A stretch of DNA of 63,616 nucleotides, counting the filler, from Octopus bimaculoides (taxonomy: Eukaryota): NCBI RefSeq assembly GCF_001194135.2. It is 4 parts of 4 records of this genome, joined end to end, with 100 filler letters (N's around TTAATTAATTAA, not from the genome) between each part and the next. Parts side by side here need not be neighbours in the genome. Positions count along the whole stretch, not along the records: positions 30,470 to 62,375 come from NC_068991.1; positions 62,476 to 63,616 come from NC_069010.1; 2 more parts are not named here. The stretch is one strand, 5' to 3'. The stretch's first letter is position 1, and each line of letters begins with the position of its first letter. Under the pieces are notes generated by a model. The model worked only from the letters and a program-made list of their open reading frames with translations, did not search any database and had not been told where the DNA came from. Positions 61,311 to 63,616 of the stretch are shown piece by piece. The translations under genes and the position numbers were made by a program.

Positions 61311-61666
61311 GAATAATTGACCTCTGGAAACGGGATTTTCGTTCATCATCGTTAAATAAACCATATTCTAGGTGTTGGGTGGGTAACTTGACTTAGAGAA
61401 CATTCTAACTTGGCACCACATGCAAGGTTTATCTTGATATGAGATCATCATGTCGCGCACATATGCTTGTGATGCATGTGCCTGGTGTACCCTTATCAGA
61501 CGGGTAGTCATGATGGGTATAATGGGCTTCGTATATTTGAATCCCGGTGTTACTTTGACGGCATGCGCTGCTCTCTCGCATAATAATAATAATTTGATGA
61601 TGACAATGATGTTGGTGATGACGACGACGACGACAACGATGATGACGACAAGGCTGATGATGATGG

Positions 61667-61697
<31 letters not shown>

Positions 61698-62343
61698 GAT
61701 GATAGTGGTGGTGGTAGAGTAGGAATACAAAAGCGGAAAACACTGAAGGGAGATATCAAATTTGATTCACAATCAGCTAGTTTCAAATTTGACATGTACG
61801 TCAAAAAATGCATAAACAGCTTGTAAAGAATATCAATCTTACTTCATATTGTAGGATGTTATATTTATCCAATGCGTTAGATTTTAAGAGAATTCAATTA
61901 TTCAGTGGAAATTCTTGATGGAATAAATTAGTCAATAATGAGATTTAGTTTCAGGCTGTTTTTATCAAATTCTAAAATCCAGCTGTTAATTTGAAATTTT
62001 TAACCAAATTGAAATTAAATAACATTTGAACAAATCGTATTTCATGTCTAGATTTGTGGGTATAATTTGATTTATAAATGTATTTAAACAAGTTGCCATT
62101 CGTGATATACAGTAAAAAAAAGGCAAGGTTTCAGTAGCGGAATCACAGACAGTGTTCAATTGAATATTAGAATATTCATTCTTTTCAACTTATAAATGAT
62201 TTAGAAATATGAAACCATTCCATTTTTCACTTTACATTGATTATTCGCTTGGAATTAGGACAAAGTTACTGAGAGATTGTTTCTAGCATAAGCATGAATA
62301 TATGGATATATATTTGTGTACATACATACATATATACATACAT

Positions 62344-62375
<32 letters not shown>

Positions 62376-62491
62376 NNNNNNNNNNNNNNNNNNNNNNNNN
62401 NNNNNNNNNNNNNNNNNNNTTAATTAATTAANNNNNNNNNNNNNNNNNNNNNNNNNNNNNNNNNNNNNNNNNNNNTATATATATATATATA

Positions 62492-62642
62492 TTGGCATTA
62501 GGAAGGGCATCCAGCTGTAGAAACTCTGCCAGATCAGATTGGAGCCTGGTGTAGCCATCTGGTTTCACCAGTCCTCAGTCAAATCGTCCAACCCATGCTA
62601 GCATGGAAAGTGGACGTTAAACGATGGTGATGATGATGATGA
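62492..62642 (+). mobile_element. SINE or LINE 3' tail ending in (GAT)n
   Basis: GGCATTAGGAAGGGCATCCAGCTGTAGAAAC..CCCATGCTAGCATGGAAAGTGGACGTTAAACGATG(ATG)n. Confidence 0.7.
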
Positions 62643-63129
62643 TATTGAGCTGGGCTTTCACACAGTTTCTGCCTGTCAAATCCACTTAAAAGGCCCTAGA
62701 CAACGCAGGGCTACAGTCGATGACATCCACTCAAGGTGCTACAGAGTGGGCCCAAACCCAAGAATTTGGTAAGCAAGCTTCTTAACCACACAGCCACACC
62801 AGCATTTATAAATAAACATGTCAGCATCTTTAAACATTTTCTCTTGCTTCATTTAAAAGTAATTTCTGCTTGATTCATTTGATATTGTCTGCGAGGCAGT
62901 AAGTGCATAAATCCTTGAAAAGAACAAAGTCTTCTTTGTCAAAGAGAATAAAGTTCCTTTTGTTGAAGAAAACCTGGTTCTTTGTATTGAAGTAATTCCA
63001 CAGAATCTGTCAGAAAATCTTTTTGAGATTTGCTGATCATATGGGTGGAACTCGTTTCAGAGGCTGAGAGCTCTGACTTACAAGACACAAAACAACTCTT
63101 TGTGTTTAGTATATTTGTTTGAAATGAAA

Positions 63130-63460
63130 GTGCATGGCTCAGTGGTTAGAGCATCAGCCTCATAAATATGGCGTAGTGAGTTGGATTGCCAGACTGGGCT
63201 GTGTGTTGTGTTCTTGAGCAAGGCACTTTATTTCCCCATTGCTCCAGTCCATTCAGCCGTAGAAATGAGTTGTGACATCCCTGGTGCCAAGTTGTATCAG
63301 CCTTTGCCTTTCCTTTAGATAACATTGGTGGCATGGAGAAGGGGAGGCTGGTATGCATGGGCGACTGCTGGTCTTCCATAAACAAGCTTGCCTGAATTCG
63401 TGCCTTGGAGGGGAACTTTCTAGGTGCAATCCCATGGTCAGTCATGACCAAAGAGGGAGT
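63130..63460 (+). mobile_element. tRNA-headed SINE with a GTGTTCTTGAGCAAGGCAC core and a different tail
   Basis: ATGGCTCAGTGGTTAGAGC head and the core shared with 19575 and 44752; the tail is unlike family B. Confidence 0.75.
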
Positions 63461-63616
63461 CTTTCCTTTATATATATGTTTCTCTCTCTTTTTCTTTTTT
63501 CTTTGTGATTTCTTCTTTGTGATGTAATCTTGGGAACGAATATACTTGCGGCTGAAGATAGCTTTAAACCATCCTGTCTATCAATTATATACTCATATAA
63601 TGATGCACTATATATA

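Overview
AT-rich eukaryotic draft-genome window of intron-like or intergenic character, with many N gaps and (TA)n/(CA)n/(TATC)n microsatellites. The repeat families look like those of an octopod cephalopod (inference from recalled repeat sequences, not from a search). No complete protein-coding gene, rRNA, true tRNA or CRISPR array is supported. The window holds decayed mobile elements: Penelope-like elements (PLEs; RT and GIY-YIG remnants), R4/Dong-like, HERO-like, RTE and CR1-like LINE fragments, Mariner, Tc1 and FLYWCH/MULE fragments, several tRNA-headed SINE families, and foldback repeats. The most notable signal is about a dozen minimal type-I hammerhead-ribozyme folds in at least five sequence families. 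Two of these families have recurring non-canonical cores (A6U, U4C), and most copies sit in PLE termini or 150-200 bp elements next to (TA)n. One PLE insertion has an unusual three-part rearrangement between 16-bp direct repeats. Several short minus-strand candidate exons may belong to a large-intron host gene that I could not identify. All alignments and folds were done by eye, so TE boundaries are approximate.
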